Notes: generated by a model not told the origin, from the sequence alone. Shown: positions 1-9,627, counted from the stretch's first letter. The stretch: DNA of 35,498 bases from a virus (IMGVR_UViG_2531839531_000004:1-35498), one strand, 5' to 3'. Numbers and translations are program-made.

Positions 1-32
1 ATTTTTGAACTGCGCCCCAGATCTTGGACAAC

Positions 33-897
33 TTATGCAGCCTGACTCAATCGATATTGTACCGGGCTAAGACCGCCAAGTTTTTCCTTTATCCTCAATT
101 GATTATAATAGTTTATGTAATCAATGATGTCTCGCTTTAAGTCCTCCACATTTTTATATTCATTGAGGTAATAACATTCTGATTTCAATGTTCCAAAAAA
201 GCTCTCTATAACTGCATTATCAAGACAATTTCCCCGGCGAGACTTACTCTGGACTATACCGCTATCCTTTAACCATCGTTGCCACCGGGACATCTGATAT
301 TGCCAACCTTGATCGCTGTGCAGTATGGGGTGTTCATCTTTCGACAGCTGTTTCAGCGCATCCGTAAGCATAGTCTGCACCATTGAAGGTTGAGGGCGAG
401 TGGCGAGGTTATAGGAAATTATTTCTCCATTATAAAGATCCATGACGGGCGACAAATACAGCTTCTTGCCATTCACTTTAAATTCAGTGACATCTGTAAC
501 CCACTTCTCGTTGGGGCGTTTTGCATCAAAATTGCGTTTCAGGAGATTATCGCAAATTCGTCCTTGTTCTCCTTTATATGAACGGTATTTTTTAACGTCG
601 GATCAGGCTGCTAATACCCAGTTCCTTCATCAGTTTTCTGACGGTTTTACCATTAAATAAAACCCCCTCGTTACGACATGCCAGCCTGATGCGTCTGTAA
701 CCATAGCGGCCTTTGTGCTGGTGATAAATTTTCAGCACAAGCGCTCTGGCAGACTGATACCGGTCAGGAGCAGCAAGCCGTCTGACATGATAGTAAAATG
801 TACTCCGGGGCAGCCCGGAAACAATTAACAATCGGGACAATGGCCATTCCTGCCTTAGTTCATTCACAATGCTCACTTTTTCCTGAACGTTGAGCAT
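33..897 (-). pseudogene. IS3-family transposase OrfB (integrase core), disrupted by a 1-bp indel
   Basis: Two ORF pieces (592-897 and 33-476) that read as one continuous OrfB if a single base is removed near 592-597 (CGT-TAA gives a stop; without the extra T it reads RRKKYRSYKGE...). The C-terminal piece carries an rve-like core. Confidence 0.75.
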
Positions 898-1379
898 GTT
901 TTCTGCTGAACCAAGGCTTTCAGCTTTTTTAAGTAGGCATTCTCGACCCTGAGTTGTTCAAGTTCTTCTCTCTCATCTTTGGTTAGTGTTGGTAGTGGTG
1001 GTGCTGAAATGGCGCTTTTATCCGGCACAGGAATACTCTTTTTATTTTTTCGAATGAAAGCATCTTCGCCATATTTTCTATATTTTTCAAGCCAGTTGCA
1101 TACAGTACCAAAGGCTGGTATTCCGTGTTTTACCGCTACTTCACGAACAGAAAAACAGTCATCCACGACTTCTTTTACTACTGTGAGTTTTAACTCAGCA
1201 GAATAGCGTCCTTTTTTACCCGTAAGTATGCTTATCCCATGTTCCCGATAGGCATAAGCCCATTTTCTTACTGTGCAGGGACTGATACCGTACATCCTTG
1301 CTACAGATTTCAGACTCAACTCTCCCTCCAGGTACTTTTCTGATACTACCTTTTTGAACTCCAATGAAAACTTTTCCAT
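873..1379 (-). CDS. IS3-family transposase OrfA (HTH DNA-binding subunit)
   Basis: 168-aa ORF with ATG at 1379. Has HTH region and a C-terminal leucine-zipper-like segment (LEQLRVENAYLKKLKAL) typical of IS3 OrfA. A-AAA-AAG slippery motif near its 3' end (about 925-931, minus strand). Confidence 0.85.
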   Translation of the reverse strand: MEKFSLEFKKVVSEKYLEGELSLKSVARMYGISPCTVRKWAYAYREHGISILTGKKGRYSAELKLTVVKEVVDDCFSVREVAVKHGIPAFGTVCNWLEKYRKYGEDAFIRKNKKSIPVPDKSAISAPPLPTLTKDEREELEQLRVENAYLKKLKALVQQKTCSTFRKK

Positions 1380-1445
1380 GCATCCTCAGTTTTTGGTCTG
1401 GTGTCTAACTTTGGGGCGCAGTTCATTTTTAATGGACACTATCGT

Positions 1446-2093
1446 ATGAAACACCGGACCTGGATCACTGAAGCTTTACGTCTTCACTTTGAAGAACATT
1501 TACCCCGGGTTGTGGCCGGGCGTCGCCTGGGTGTACCAAAATCAACAGTTTGTAGTATGTTCGTGCGCTTTCGGAGAGCTGGCCTTTCGTGGCCTTTGCC
1601 CGCAGGCATGTCGGAGCAGGAACTTGATGCCTGCCTTTACGGACAATTTTCCACGGTACCAGTCGTACGTCCTGAAAGCACCGTTATATCCGAAGCCCCC
1701 GTGGTAAAAAAACGTCCCCGGCGGCCCAACTTCCCTTATGAGTTTAAAATCGCCTTAGTGGAGCAGTCACTGCAGCCCGGAGCCTGTGTGGCGCAGATCG
1801 CCCGGGAAAACGGAATCAACGATAACCTGCTCTTCAACTGGCGCCATCAATACCGGAAAGGTGGCCTGCTGCCTTCCGGAAAAAATATGCCGGCACTGCT
1901 TCCCGTGACGTTAACGCCGGAGCCGGATAATAAAATCCCGGCCCCCGCACAGGAACCAGAGCAGATAAATACACCGTCCGACAGTCTGTGTTGTGAGCTG
2001 GTTCTGCCGGCCGGAACTCTCAGGCTTAAAGGTAAACTGACGCCGGCGTTATTACAGACACTTATCCGCGAAATAAAAGGGAGCAGCCACTGA
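1446..2093 (+). CDS. tnpA: IS66-family accessory protein (orf1/TnpA-like) with N-terminal extension
   Basis: ATG at 1446; the track start at 1401 lies inside the IS3 repeat. C-terminal half (PNFPYEFKIALVEQSLQPGACVAQIARENGINDNLLFNWR) parallels orf1 of copy 2 (RRIFSNEFKLHMVELASKPNANVAQLAREHGVDNNLIFKWL). Confidence 0.7.
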   Translation: MKHRTWITEALRLHFEEHLPRVVAGRRLGVPKSTVCSMFVRFRRAGLSWPLPAGMSEQELDACLYGQFSTVPVVRPESTVISEAPVVKKRPRRPNFPYEFKIALVEQSLQPGACVAQIARENGINDNLLFNWRHQYRKGGLLPSGKNMPALLPVTLTPEPDNKIPAPAQEPEQINTPSDSLCCELVLPAGTLRLKGKLTPALLQTLIREIKGSSH

Positions 2094-2440
2094 TGATATC
2101 TCTCCCTGCAGGTTCGCGTATCTGGCTGGTTGCAGGTATCACCGATATGCGAAATGGCTTTAACGGCCTGGCATCAAAAGTTCAGAACGTCCTGAAGGAT
2201 GACCCGTTCTCCGGACACCTGTTCATCTTCCGCGGACGCCGGGGTGACCAGATAAAAGTGTTGTGGGCTGACAGTGACGGACTGTGCCTCTTCACCAAAC
2301 GCCTGGAGCGGGGCCGCTTCGTCTGGCCAGTCACCCGTGACGGCAAGGTGCACCTTACTCCGGCTCAGTTATCCATGCTTCTTGAAGGTATCAACTGGAA
2401 GCACCCGAAACGAACGGAACGCGCTGGAATCCGCATATAA
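2093..2440 (+). CDS. tnpB: IS66-family TnpB (orf2)
   Basis: 115 aa; closely parallel to copy 2 orf2 (GxRIWLVAGxTDMRxxFNGL...HLFIFRGRRGD...LWAD.DGLCLFTKRLE). Start overlaps the orf1 stop. Confidence 0.85.
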   Translation: MISLPAGSRIWLVAGITDMRNGFNGLASKVQNVLKDDPFSGHLFIFRGRRGDQIKVLWADSDGLCLFTKRLERGRFVWPVTRDGKVHLTPAQLSMLLEGINWKHPKRTERAGIRI

Positions 2441-2459
2441 CCCGTTGTAAAGTGAGGAT

Positions 2460-4031
2460 ATGGACACCTCACTTGCTCATGAGAACGCCCGCCTGCGGGC
2501 ACTGTTGCAGACGCAACAGGACACCATCCGCCAGATGGCTGAATACAACCGCCTGCTCTCACAGCGGGTGGCGGCTTATGCTTCCGAAATCAACCGGCTG
2601 AAGGCGCTGGTTGCGAAACTGCAACGTATGCAGTTCGGTAAAAGCTCAGAAAAACTTCGTGCAAAAACCGAACGGCAGATACAGGAAGCACAGGAGCGAA
2701 TCAGCGCACTTCAGGAAGAAATGGCGGAAACGCTGGGTGAGCAATATGACCCGGTACTGCCATCCGCCCTGCGCCAGTCTTCAGCCCGTAAACCGTTACC
2801 GGCCTCACTTCCCCGTGAAACCCGGGTTATCCGGCCGGAAGAGGAATGCTGTCCTGCCTGTGGTGGTGAACTCAGTTCTCTGGGATGTGATGTGTCAGAG
2901 CAACTGGAGCTTATCAGCAGCGCCTTTAAGGTTATCGAAACACAACGTCCGAAACAGGCCTGTTGCCGGTGCGACCATATCGTGCAGGCACCAGTACCTT
3001 CAAAACCCATTGCACGCAGTTATGCCGGAGCGGGGCTTCTGGCCCATGTTGTCACCGGGAAATATGCAGACCATCTGCCGTTATACCGCCAGTCAGAAAT
3101 ATACCGTCGTCAGGGAGTGGAGCTGAGCCGTGCCACACTGGGGCGCTGGACAGGTGCTGTTGCTGAACTGCTGGAGCCGCTGTATGACGTCCTGCGCCAG
3201 TATGTGCTGATGCCCGGTAAAGTCCATGCTGATGATATCCCCGTCCCGGTCCAGGAGCCGGGCAGCGGTAAAACCCGGACAGCCCGGCTGTGGGTCTACG
3301 TCCGTGATGACCGTAACGCCGGTTCACAGATGCCCCCGGCGGTCTGGTTCGCGTACAGTCCGGACCGGAAAGGTATCCATCCACAAAATCACCTGGCCGG
3401 TTACAGCGGTGTGCTTCAGGCCGATGCTTACGGTGGTTACCGGGCGTTATACGAATCCGGCAGAATAACGGAAGCCGCGTGTATGGCTCATGCCCGGAGA
3501 AAAATCCACGATGTGCATGCAAGAGCGCCCACCTACATCACCACGGAAGCCCTGCAGCGTATCGGTGAACTGTATGCCATCGAGGCAGAGGTCCGGGGCT
3601 GTTCAGCAGAACAGCGTCTGGCGGCAAGAAAAGCCAGAGCCGCGCCACTGATGCAGTCACTGTATGACTGGATACAGCAACAGATGAAAACACTGTCGCG
3701 TCACTCAGATACGGCAAAAGCGTTCGCATACCTGCTGAAACAGTGGGATGCACTGAACGTGTACTGCAGTAATGGCTGGGTGGAAATCGACAACAACATC
3801 GCAGAGAACGCCTTACGGGGAGTGGCCGTAGGCCGGAAAAACTGGATGTTCGCGGGTTCCGACAGCGGTGGTGAACATGCGGCGGTGTTGTACTCGTTGA
3901 TCGGCACATGCCGTCTGAACAATGTGGAGCCAGAAAAGTGGCTGCGTTACGTCATTGAACATATCCAGGACTGGCCGGCAAACCGGGTACGCGATCTGTT
4001 GCCCTGGAAAGTTGATCTGAGCTCTCAGTAA
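2460..4031 (+). CDS. tnpC: IS66-family transposase TnpC (orf3)
   Basis: 523-aa ORF with N-terminal coiled-coil, CxxC...CxC zinc-finger-like region, and the conserved HLPLYRQSE, [11 protein letters not shown] and ADAYGGY segments shared with copy 2. Confidence 0.85.
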   Translation: MDTSLAHENARLRALLQTQQDTIRQMAEYNRLLSQRVAAYASEINRLKALVAKLQRMQFGKSSEKLRAKTERQIQEAQERISALQEEMAETLGEQYDPVLPSALRQSSARKPLPASLPRETRVIRPEEECCPACGGELSSLGCDVSEQLELISSAFKVIETQRPKQACCRCDHIVQAPVPSKPIARSYAGAGLLAHVVTGKYADHLPLYRQSEIYRRQGVELSRATLGRWTGAVAELLEPLYDVLRQYVLMPGKVHADDIPVPVQEPGSGKTRTARLWVYVRDDRNAGSQMPPAVWFAYSPDRKGIHPQNHLAGYSGVLQADAYGGYRALYESGRITEAACMAHARRKIHDVHARAPTYITTEALQRIGELYAIEAEVRGCSAEQRLAARKARAAPLMQSLYDWIQQQMKTLSRHSDTAKAFAYLLKQWDALNVYCSNGWVEIDNNIAENALRGVAVGRKNWMFAGSDSGGEHAAVLYSLIGTCRLNNVEPEKWLRYVIEHIQDWPANRVRDLLPWKVDLSSQ

Positions 4032-4133
4032 ATATCAATACGGTTCTGACGAGTCGCTTACTAGTGAGTTGTATCTATTTATTTTCCAATAAATACAATT
4101 GGTTATGTGTTTTTAGGTGGGGCGATCGTGAGG

Positions 4134-4166
4134 CAAAGAAAACCCGGCGCTGAGGCCGGGCTTTTA
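4134..4166. terminator. Bidirectional intrinsic terminator-like hairpin
   Basis: Stem CCCGGC (4143-4148) / GCCGGG (4155-4160) with a 6-nt loop, A-run upstream and CTTTT downstream. On the minus strand it sits 17 bp past the stop of the 4183-5220 gene and is followed by a U-run. Confidence 0.55.
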
Positions 4167-4182
4167 GGGCGGGTTGATGCTC

Positions 4183-5220
4183 TTAACACCCTTTAATGGG
4201 AGTTGAGATACGAGATATCATTGCTGATTCAATTATCCCACTTCTGACTTTATAGTCACCAAAAAGAGAAATTGAATCAGAAAGTTTCATGCTTTCATAA
4301 AGAAGGTCTGTTTCGTCTTTATCTATAAAATCAGTAACAACATAAGCAGGGAAGGTATAATCAGTGCCAACCTTTTTGCAAGTTACTGTCAGCTTTCCAT
4401 CTGATTTTTTAATGCCTTCAATTTCAACTTCTTCTGTAAGTTCTTTGTTGGAAAGTTTCTCACGTGGGTTTCTTATCATTTCGGCAATATCACGCTTATC
4501 TAATTCGATCTTTGCCATACCATTAAACTCTACTCTGTCAGCATCTGAGACGCCTTTCAACACCCCAACCACAGCATTTGAAGTATGGGATTGAATTCCC
4601 TCTGAAATCTCCCTCGCAGCTGCTGTGGCAGTATGAGCAGAAAGAACTTCAACCATGCCATCTTTAAGCAGTCTCATTTGCTCAGTTTGGCTGTTGGTGT
4701 CGTTGAGGCCTTCATCAATCTCAAGTTGCTTCATTTTTTCTATATGGCGATCTTTTTGTCTCGACTTTATCAGCCAAGCCCCAGTAAGGATCAGCGATAT
4801 GAGAACGAGACATATAGCTTTCTCTGTTCCAGTCATACCTTGTGTTGACCTCTCAAATGCAACACCAAATGAATCAATTACATCCTTTATAGCAACAAGT
4901 AGGTCAGTACAGCCAGGCTCAACTTTAAAAATTATCTCAAGCTCTTTTCTATCACTGTCTTTCAAATGCTTGAGATTATCCGTTCCTCGCCTTACAAGCA
5001 TAAACGCTTTATAAAGTTCGGTCTGAAACTCGCACATACCTTGAGCTAAAGAGGACGGTATCGTCCCATTATACCGGTCTGGATCACCATAAATCTTGAA
5101 ACTTACGTGGTTAACAAAATCAATTTTAATGTCATTGATAGATATTTGCTGACCTTTCTGAACTCTTTCTAAAAACTCTGAAACGTCGCTTAATGATGAG
5201 ATATCAATTTGATTGTCCAT
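4183..5220 (-). CDS. Hypothetical single-pass membrane protein (345 aa) in the rexAB position downstream of cI
   Basis: Long ORF directly downstream of and co-oriented with cI. Start chosen at ATG 5220 (MDNQIDISS...), 22 bp past the cI stop. One hydrophobic segment (KAICLVLISLILTGAWLI) followed by a basic cluster (KSRQKDRHIEK). Region is AT-rich (about 37% GC in a 60-bp count at 4201-4260) against roughly 50% flanks. No similarity to RexA/RexB that I can recognise. Confidence 0.6.
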   Translation of the reverse strand: MDNQIDISSLSDVSEFLERVQKGQQISINDIKIDFVNHVSFKIYGDPDRYNGTIPSSLAQGMCEFQTELYKAFMLVRRGTDNLKHLKDSDRKELEIIFKVEPGCTDLLVAIKDVIDSFGVAFERSTQGMTGTEKAICLVLISLILTGAWLIKSRQKDRHIEKMKQLEIDEGLNDTNSQTEQMRLLKDGMVEVLSAHTATAAAREISEGIQSHTSNAVVGVLKGVSDADRVEFNGMAKIELDKRDIAEMIRNPREKLSNKELTEEVEIEGIKKSDGKLTVTCKKVGTDYTFPAYVVTDFIDKDETDLLYESMKLSDSISLFGDYKVRSGIIESAMISRISTPIKGC

Positions 5221-5242
5221 ATCTTTTCTCAATGTTATTGTG

Positions 5243-5959
<717 letters not shown>

Positions 5960-5966
5960 TTAAATC

Positions 5967-6032
5967 TATCACCGCAAGGGATAAATATCTAACACCGTGC
6001 GTGTTGACTGTTTTACCTCTAGCGGTGATAAT
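5967..6032. promoter_or_regulatory. Lambda right operator oR3-oR2-oR1 with divergent pRM and pR
   Basis: Three 17-bp operator sites: TATCACCGCAAGGGATA (5967-5983), TAACACCGTGCGTGTTG (5990-6006), TACCTCTAGCGGTGATA (6014-6030). pR -35 TTGACT (6004-6009) and -10 GATAAT (6027-6032). cro SD TAAGGAGG at 6045-6052. Confidence 0.9.
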
Positions 6033-6047
6033 AATTGCATGTACTAA

Positions 6048-6257
<210 letters not shown>

Positions 6258-6264
6258 ATAACAC

Positions 6265-6296
6265 CGCTCTTACACATCACAGCCCTGAAAAAGGGC
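6265..6296 (+). promoter_or_regulatory. nutR (boxA plus boxB) N-utilisation site
   Basis: boxA CGCTCTTAC at 6265-6273; boxB stem-loop GCCCTGAAAAAGGGC at 6282-6296, matching lambda nutR as I recall it. Confidence 0.85.
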
Positions 6297-6375
6297 ATCC
6301 AATTAAACCACACCTATGGTGTATGCATTTATTTTCATACATTCAATCAATTGTTATCTAAGGAAATACTTACAT

Positions 6376-6669
6376 ATGGTTCGTGCAAACAAACGCAACG
6401 AGGCACTACGAATCGAGAGTGCGTTGCTTAACAAAATCGCAATGCTTGGAACTGAGAAGACAGCGGAAGCTGTGGGAGTTGATAAGTCGCAGATCAGCAG
6501 GTGGAAGAGGGACTGGATTCCAAAGTTCTCAATGCTGCTTGCTGTTCTTGAATGGGGGGTCGTTGACGACGACATGGCTCGATTGGCGCGACAAGTTGCT
6601 GCGATTCTCACCAATAAAAAACGCCCGGCGGCAACCGAGCGTTCTGAACAAATCCAGATGGAGTTCTGA
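6376..6669 (+). CDS. cII: CII transcriptional activator
   Basis: 97 aa from ATG 6376 (MVRANKRNEALRIESALLNKIAMLGTEKTAEAVGVDKSQISRWKRDW...) matches lambda CII. The track ORF from 6316 is an upstream alternative-start extension. Confidence 0.93.
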   Translation: MVRANKRNEALRIESALLNKIAMLGTEKTAEAVGVDKSQISRWKRDWIPKFSMLLAVLEWGVVDDDMARLARQVAAILTNKKRPAATERSEQIQMEF

Positions 6670-6690
6670 GGTCATTACTGGATCTATCAA
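6612..6690 (-). ncRNA. oop: oop antisense RNA with its t0 terminator
   Basis: Reverse complement of 6597-6698 reads ...GACTCCTGTTGATAGATCCAGTAATGACCTCAGAACTCCATCTGGATTTGTTCAGAACGCTCGGTTGCCGCCGGGCGTTTTTTATTGG, the lambda oop/t0 sequence as I recall it. Exact 5' end not determinable from sequence alone. Confidence 0.55.
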
Positions 6691-6701
6691 CAGGAGTCAT
6701 T

Positions 6702-7601
6702 ATGACAAATACAGCAAAAATACTCAACTTCGGCAGAGGTAACTTTGCCGGACAGGAGCGTAATGTGGCAGATCTCGATGATGGTTACGCCAGACTATCA
6801 AATATGCTGCTTGAGGCTTATTCGGGCGCAGATCTGACCAAGCGACAGTTTAAAGTGCTGCTTGCCATTCTGCGTAAAACCTATGGGTGGAATAAACCAA
6901 TGGACAGAATCACCGATTCTCAACTTAGCGAGATTACAAAGTTACCCGTCAAACGGTGCAATGAAGCCAAGTTAGAACTCGTCAGAATGAATATTATCAA
7001 GCAGCAAGGCGGCATGTTTGGACCAAATAAAAACATCTCAGAATGGTGCATCCCTCAAAACGAGGGAAAATCCCCTAAAACGAGGGATAAAACATCCCTC
7101 AAATTGGGGGATTGCTATCCCTCAAAACAGGGGGACACAAAAGACACTATTACAAAAGAAAAAAGAAAAGATTATTCGTCAGAGAATTCTGGCGAATCCT
7201 CTGACCAGCCAGAAAACGACCTTTCTGTGGTGAAACCGGATGCTGCAATTCAGAGCGGCAGCAAGTGGGGGACAGCAGAAGGCCTGACCGCCGCAGAGTG
7301 GATGTTTGACATGGTGAAGACTATCGCACCATCAGCCAGAAAACCGAATTTTGCTGGGTGGGCTAACGATATCCGCCTGATGCGTGAACGTGACGGACGT
7401 AACCACCGCGACATGTGCGTGCTGTTCCGCTGGGCATGCCAGGACAACTTCTGGTCCGGTAACGTGCTGAGCCCGGCCAAACTCCGCGATAAGTGGACCC
7501 AACTCGAAATCAACCGTAACAAGCAACAGGCAGGCGTGACAGCCAGCAAACCAAAACTCGACCTGACAAACACAGACTGGATTTACGGGGTGGATCTATG
7601 A
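6702..7601 (+). CDS. O: Replication initiator protein O
   Basis: 299-aa product matching lambda O; contains the ori iterons internally. Confidence 0.95.
   Translation: MTNTAKILNFGRGNFAGQERNVADLDDGYARLSNMLLEAYSGADLTKRQFKVLLAILRKTYGWNKPMDRITDSQLSEITKLPVKRCNEAKLELVRMNIIKQQGGMFGPNKNISEWCIPQNEGKSPKTRDKTSLKLGDCYPSKQGDTKDTITKEKRKDYSSENSGESSDQPENDLSVVKPDAAIQSGSKWGTAEGLTAAEWMFDMVKTIAPSARKPNFAGWANDIRLMRERDGRNHRDMCVLFRWACQDNFWSGNVLSPAKLRDKWTQLEINRNKQQAGVTASKPKLDLTNTDWIYGVDL
7050..7195 (+). promoter_or_regulatory. ori-lambda: four iterons plus AT-rich unwinding region, inside O
   Basis: Four direct repeats of the TCCCTCAAAACGAGGGA type (7050-7134), then an A/T-rich stretch ACAAAAGAAAAAAGAAAAGATTATT (about 7136-7195). 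Confidence 0.85.
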
Positions 7602-8299
7602 AAAACATCGCCGCACAGATGGTTAACTTTGACCGTGAGCAGATGCGTCGGATCGCCAACAACATGCCGGAACAGTACGACGAAAAGCCGCAGGTACAGC
7701 AGGTAGCGCAGATCATCAACGGTGTGTTCAGCCAGTTACTGGCAACTTTCCCGGCGAGCCTGGCTAACCGTGACCAGAACGAAGTGAACGAAATCCGTCG
7801 CCAGTGGGTTCTGGCTTTTCGGGAAAACGGGATCACCACGATGGAACAGGTTAACGCAGGAATGCGCGTAGCCCGTCGGCAGAATCGACCATTTCTGCCA
7901 TCACCCGGGCAGTTTGTTGCATGGTGCCGGGAAGAAGCATCCGTTACCGCCGGACTGCCAAACGTCAGCGAGCTGGTTGATATGGTTTACGAGTATTGCC
8001 GGAAGCGAGGCCTGTATCCGGATGCGGAGTCTTATCCGTGGAAATCAAACGCGCACTACTGGCTGGTTACCAACCTGTATCAGAACATGCGGGCCAATGC
8101 GCTTACTGATGCGGAATTACGCCGTAAGGCCGCAGATGAGCTTGTCCATATGACTGCGAGAATTAACCGTGGTGAGGCGATCCCTGAACCAGTAAAACAA
8201 CTTCCTGTCATGGGCGGTAGACCTCTAAATCGTGCACAGGCTCTGGCGAAGATCGCAGAAATCAAAGCTAAGTTCGGACTGAAAGGAGCAAGTGTATGA
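7598..8299 (+). CDS. P: Replication protein P (DnaB helicase loader)
   Basis: 233-aa product matching lambda P; start overlaps the O stop (ATGA at 7598-7601). Confidence 0.95.
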   Translation: MKNIAAQMVNFDREQMRRIANNMPEQYDEKPQVQQVAQIINGVFSQLLATFPASLANRDQNEVNEIRRQWVLAFRENGITTMEQVNAGMRVARRQNRPFLPSPGQFVAWCREEASVTAGLPNVSELVDMVYEYCRKRGLYPDAESYPWKSNAHYWLVTNLYQNMRANALTDAELRRKAADELVHMTARINRGEAIPEPVKQLPVMGGRPLNRAQALAKIAEIKAKFGLKGASV

Positions 8300-8586
8300 C
8301 GGGCAAAGAGGCAATTATTCATTACCTGGGGACGCATAATAGCTTCTGTGCGCCGGACGTTGCCGCGCTAACAGGCGCAACAGTAACCAGCATAAATCAG
8401 GCCGCGGCTAAAATGGCACGGGCAGGTCTTCTGGTTATCGAAGGTAAGGTCTGGCGAACGGTGTATTACCGGTTTGCTACCAAGGAAGAACGGGAAGGAA
8501 AGATGAGCACGAACCTGATTTTTAAGGAGTGTCGCCAGAGTGCCGCGATGAAACGGGTATTGGCAGTATATGGAGTTAAAAGATGA
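8296..8586 (+). CDS. ren: Ren (Rex-exclusion resistance) protein
   Basis: 96-aa product matching lambda Ren (MTGKEAIIHYLGTHNSFCAPDVAALTGATVTSINQAAAKMARAGLLVIEGKVWRTVYYRFATKEE...). Confidence 0.9.
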   Translation: MTGKEAIIHYLGTHNSFCAPDVAALTGATVTSINQAAAKMARAGLLVIEGKVWRTVYYRFATKEEREGKMSTNLIFKECRQSAAMKRVLAVYGVKR

Positions 8587-8611
8587 CCATCTACATCACT
8601 GAGCTAATAAC

Positions 8612-8643
8612 AGGCCTGCTGGTAATCGCAGGCCTTTTTATTT
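8612..8643 (+). terminator. tR2-like intrinsic terminator
   Basis: Stem AGGCCTGC (8612-8619) / GCAGGCCT (8628-8635), 8-nt loop, then TTTTTATTT. Same position as lambda tR2 (between ren and ninB). Confidence 0.8.
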
Positions 8644-8659
8644 GGGGGAGAGGGAAGTC

Positions 8660-8730
8660 ATGAAAAAACTAACCTTTGAAATTCGATCTCCAGCACATCA
8701 GCAAAACGCTATTCACGCGGTACAGCAAAT
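8660..8730 (+). pseudogene. ninB: ninB 5' fragment (first ~23 codons), truncated by IS66 insertion
   Basis: ATG at 8660 gives MKKLTFEIRSPAHQQNAIHAVQQ, the lambda NinB N-terminus as I recall it. The reading frame runs straight into the IS66 left repeat at 8731. Confidence 0.8.
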
Positions 8731-8815
8731 GTAAGCGTAAAGCCAATGCCGTCTGTAACACCTGCTCCTTGCAGACTAAATTAGAGCTCCTTCTAAATTA
8801 GACGGAGTTCTATTG

Positions 8816-9247
8816 ATGGATAAACCTACAGACTGGCGCTCCGGAACCCGCCGGATATTTTCTAATGAATTTAAACTTCATATGGTTGAACTGGCTTCGA
8901 AACCAAATGCCAATGTTGCACAACTGGCCCGGGAACATGGCGTTGATAACAACCTGATTTTTAAATGGCTACGCCTCTGGCAAAGAGAAGGACGTATTTC
9001 TCGTAGAATGCCTCCAACTATTGTAGGCCCTACAGTATCACAATCTTTTCCGGCCTCTCCGACTCTGGTTCCAGTGGAACTTATCGACACCCCGCGCTGT
9101 GCTACAGATGCTCCTGCTCCGGAGGCATTATCAGTTGCTTGCGCAGCTTCCTGCCATGTGGAATTCCATTACGGTAAAATGATGCTGGAAAATCCTTCAC
9201 CAGAGCTGCTCACGGTGTTGATCCGTGAGCTGACCGGGAGGGGATGA
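8816..9247 (+). CDS. tnpA: IS66-family accessory protein (orf1/TnpA)
   Basis: ATG at 8816 (MDKPTDWRSGTRRIFSNEFKLHMVELASKPNANVAQLAREHGVDNNLIFKWLR...); HTH-like region; stop overlaps the orf2 start. Confidence 0.8.
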   Translation: MDKPTDWRSGTRRIFSNEFKLHMVELASKPNANVAQLAREHGVDNNLIFKWLRLWQREGRISRRMPPTIVGPTVSQSFPASPTLVPVELIDTPRCATDAPAPEALSVACAASCHVEFHYGKMMLENPSPELLTVLIRELTGRG

Positions 9248-9597
9248 TGATTTCACTCCCATCAGGTACCCGTATCTGGCTCGTTGCCGGCGTTACTGAT
9301 ATGCGTAAATCCTTCAACGGTCTGGGGGAGCAGATACAGCATGTGCTGGATGATAACCCCTTCTCCGGTCACCTGTTTATCTTCCGTGGCCGACGGGGAG
9401 ACACGATTAAAATCCTGTGGGCTGATGCTGATGGTCTGTGCCTGTTCACCAAACGCCTTGAGGAAGGTCAGTTTATCTGGCCTGCGGTGCGTGACGGTAA
9501 GATATCCATTACCCGCTCGCAACTGGCAATGCTCCTCGATAAGCTGGACTGGCGTCAGCCAAAAACATCCCGCCTTAACGCACTGACAATGTTGTAA
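9244..9597 (+). CDS. tnpB: IS66-family TnpB (orf2)
   Basis: 117 aa, parallel to copy 1 TnpB. Confidence 0.85.
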   Translation: MMISLPSGTRIWLVAGVTDMRKSFNGLGEQIQHVLDDNPFSGHLFIFRGRRGDTIKILWADADGLCLFTKRLEEGQFIWPAVRDGKISITRSQLAMLLDKLDWRQPKTSRLNALTML

Positions 9598-9627
9598 AAA
9601 ACGCCGGGCCGGATTATAAAAACGGCC

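Larger units (their letters stand above)
6..1425 (-). mobile_element. IS3-family insertion sequence (about 1.42 kb), orfA plus frameshifted orfB
   Basis: Perfect 14-bp terminal inverted repeats: TGAACTGCGCCCCA at 6-19 and its reverse complement at 1412-1425 (TG...CA ends typical of IS3 family). Flanking TTT(T) on both sides could be a 3-4 bp target duplication. Two internal ORFs with IS3 OrfA/OrfB character. Confidence 0.85.
1426..4061 (+). mobile_element. IS66-family element, copy 1; left end not visible (abutted by the IS3 element)
   Basis: Three co-directional ORFs of the IS66 type (tnpA, tnpB, tnpC) with overlapping stop/start (TGATG at 2091-2095). Right terminus CGCTTAC at 4055-4061 is the reverse complement of the GTAAGCG start of copy 2's left repeat. 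No matching left repeat between 1426 and 1446. Confidence 0.75.

Noticed and set aside
1401-1445. Track start of the IS66 orf1 at 1401 (MSNFGAQ...)
   Set aside because: These codons run through the IS3 terminal inverted repeat (1412-1425); the first ATG in frame is at 1446.
6316-6375. N-terminal 20-codon extension of cII in the track (MVYAFIFIHS...)
   Set aside because: Lambda CII begins MVRANKRNE at the ATG at 6376; the extension begins at a non-ATG codon within the nutR/tR1 spacer.
7050-7134. Direct repeats inside O that could be mistaken for a CRISPR-like or tandem-repeat array
   Set aside because: These are the four ori-lambda iterons (O-binding sites) followed by the AT-rich unwinding element; spacing and sequence fit ori, not CRISPR.
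8583-8663. 26-codon hydrophobic mini-ORF (MTIYITELITGLLVIAGLFIWGRGKS) between ren and ninB
   Set aside because: It is exactly coincident with the tR2 terminator hairpin and T-run; the hydrophobic residues are a by-product of the GC stem and T-rich tail.
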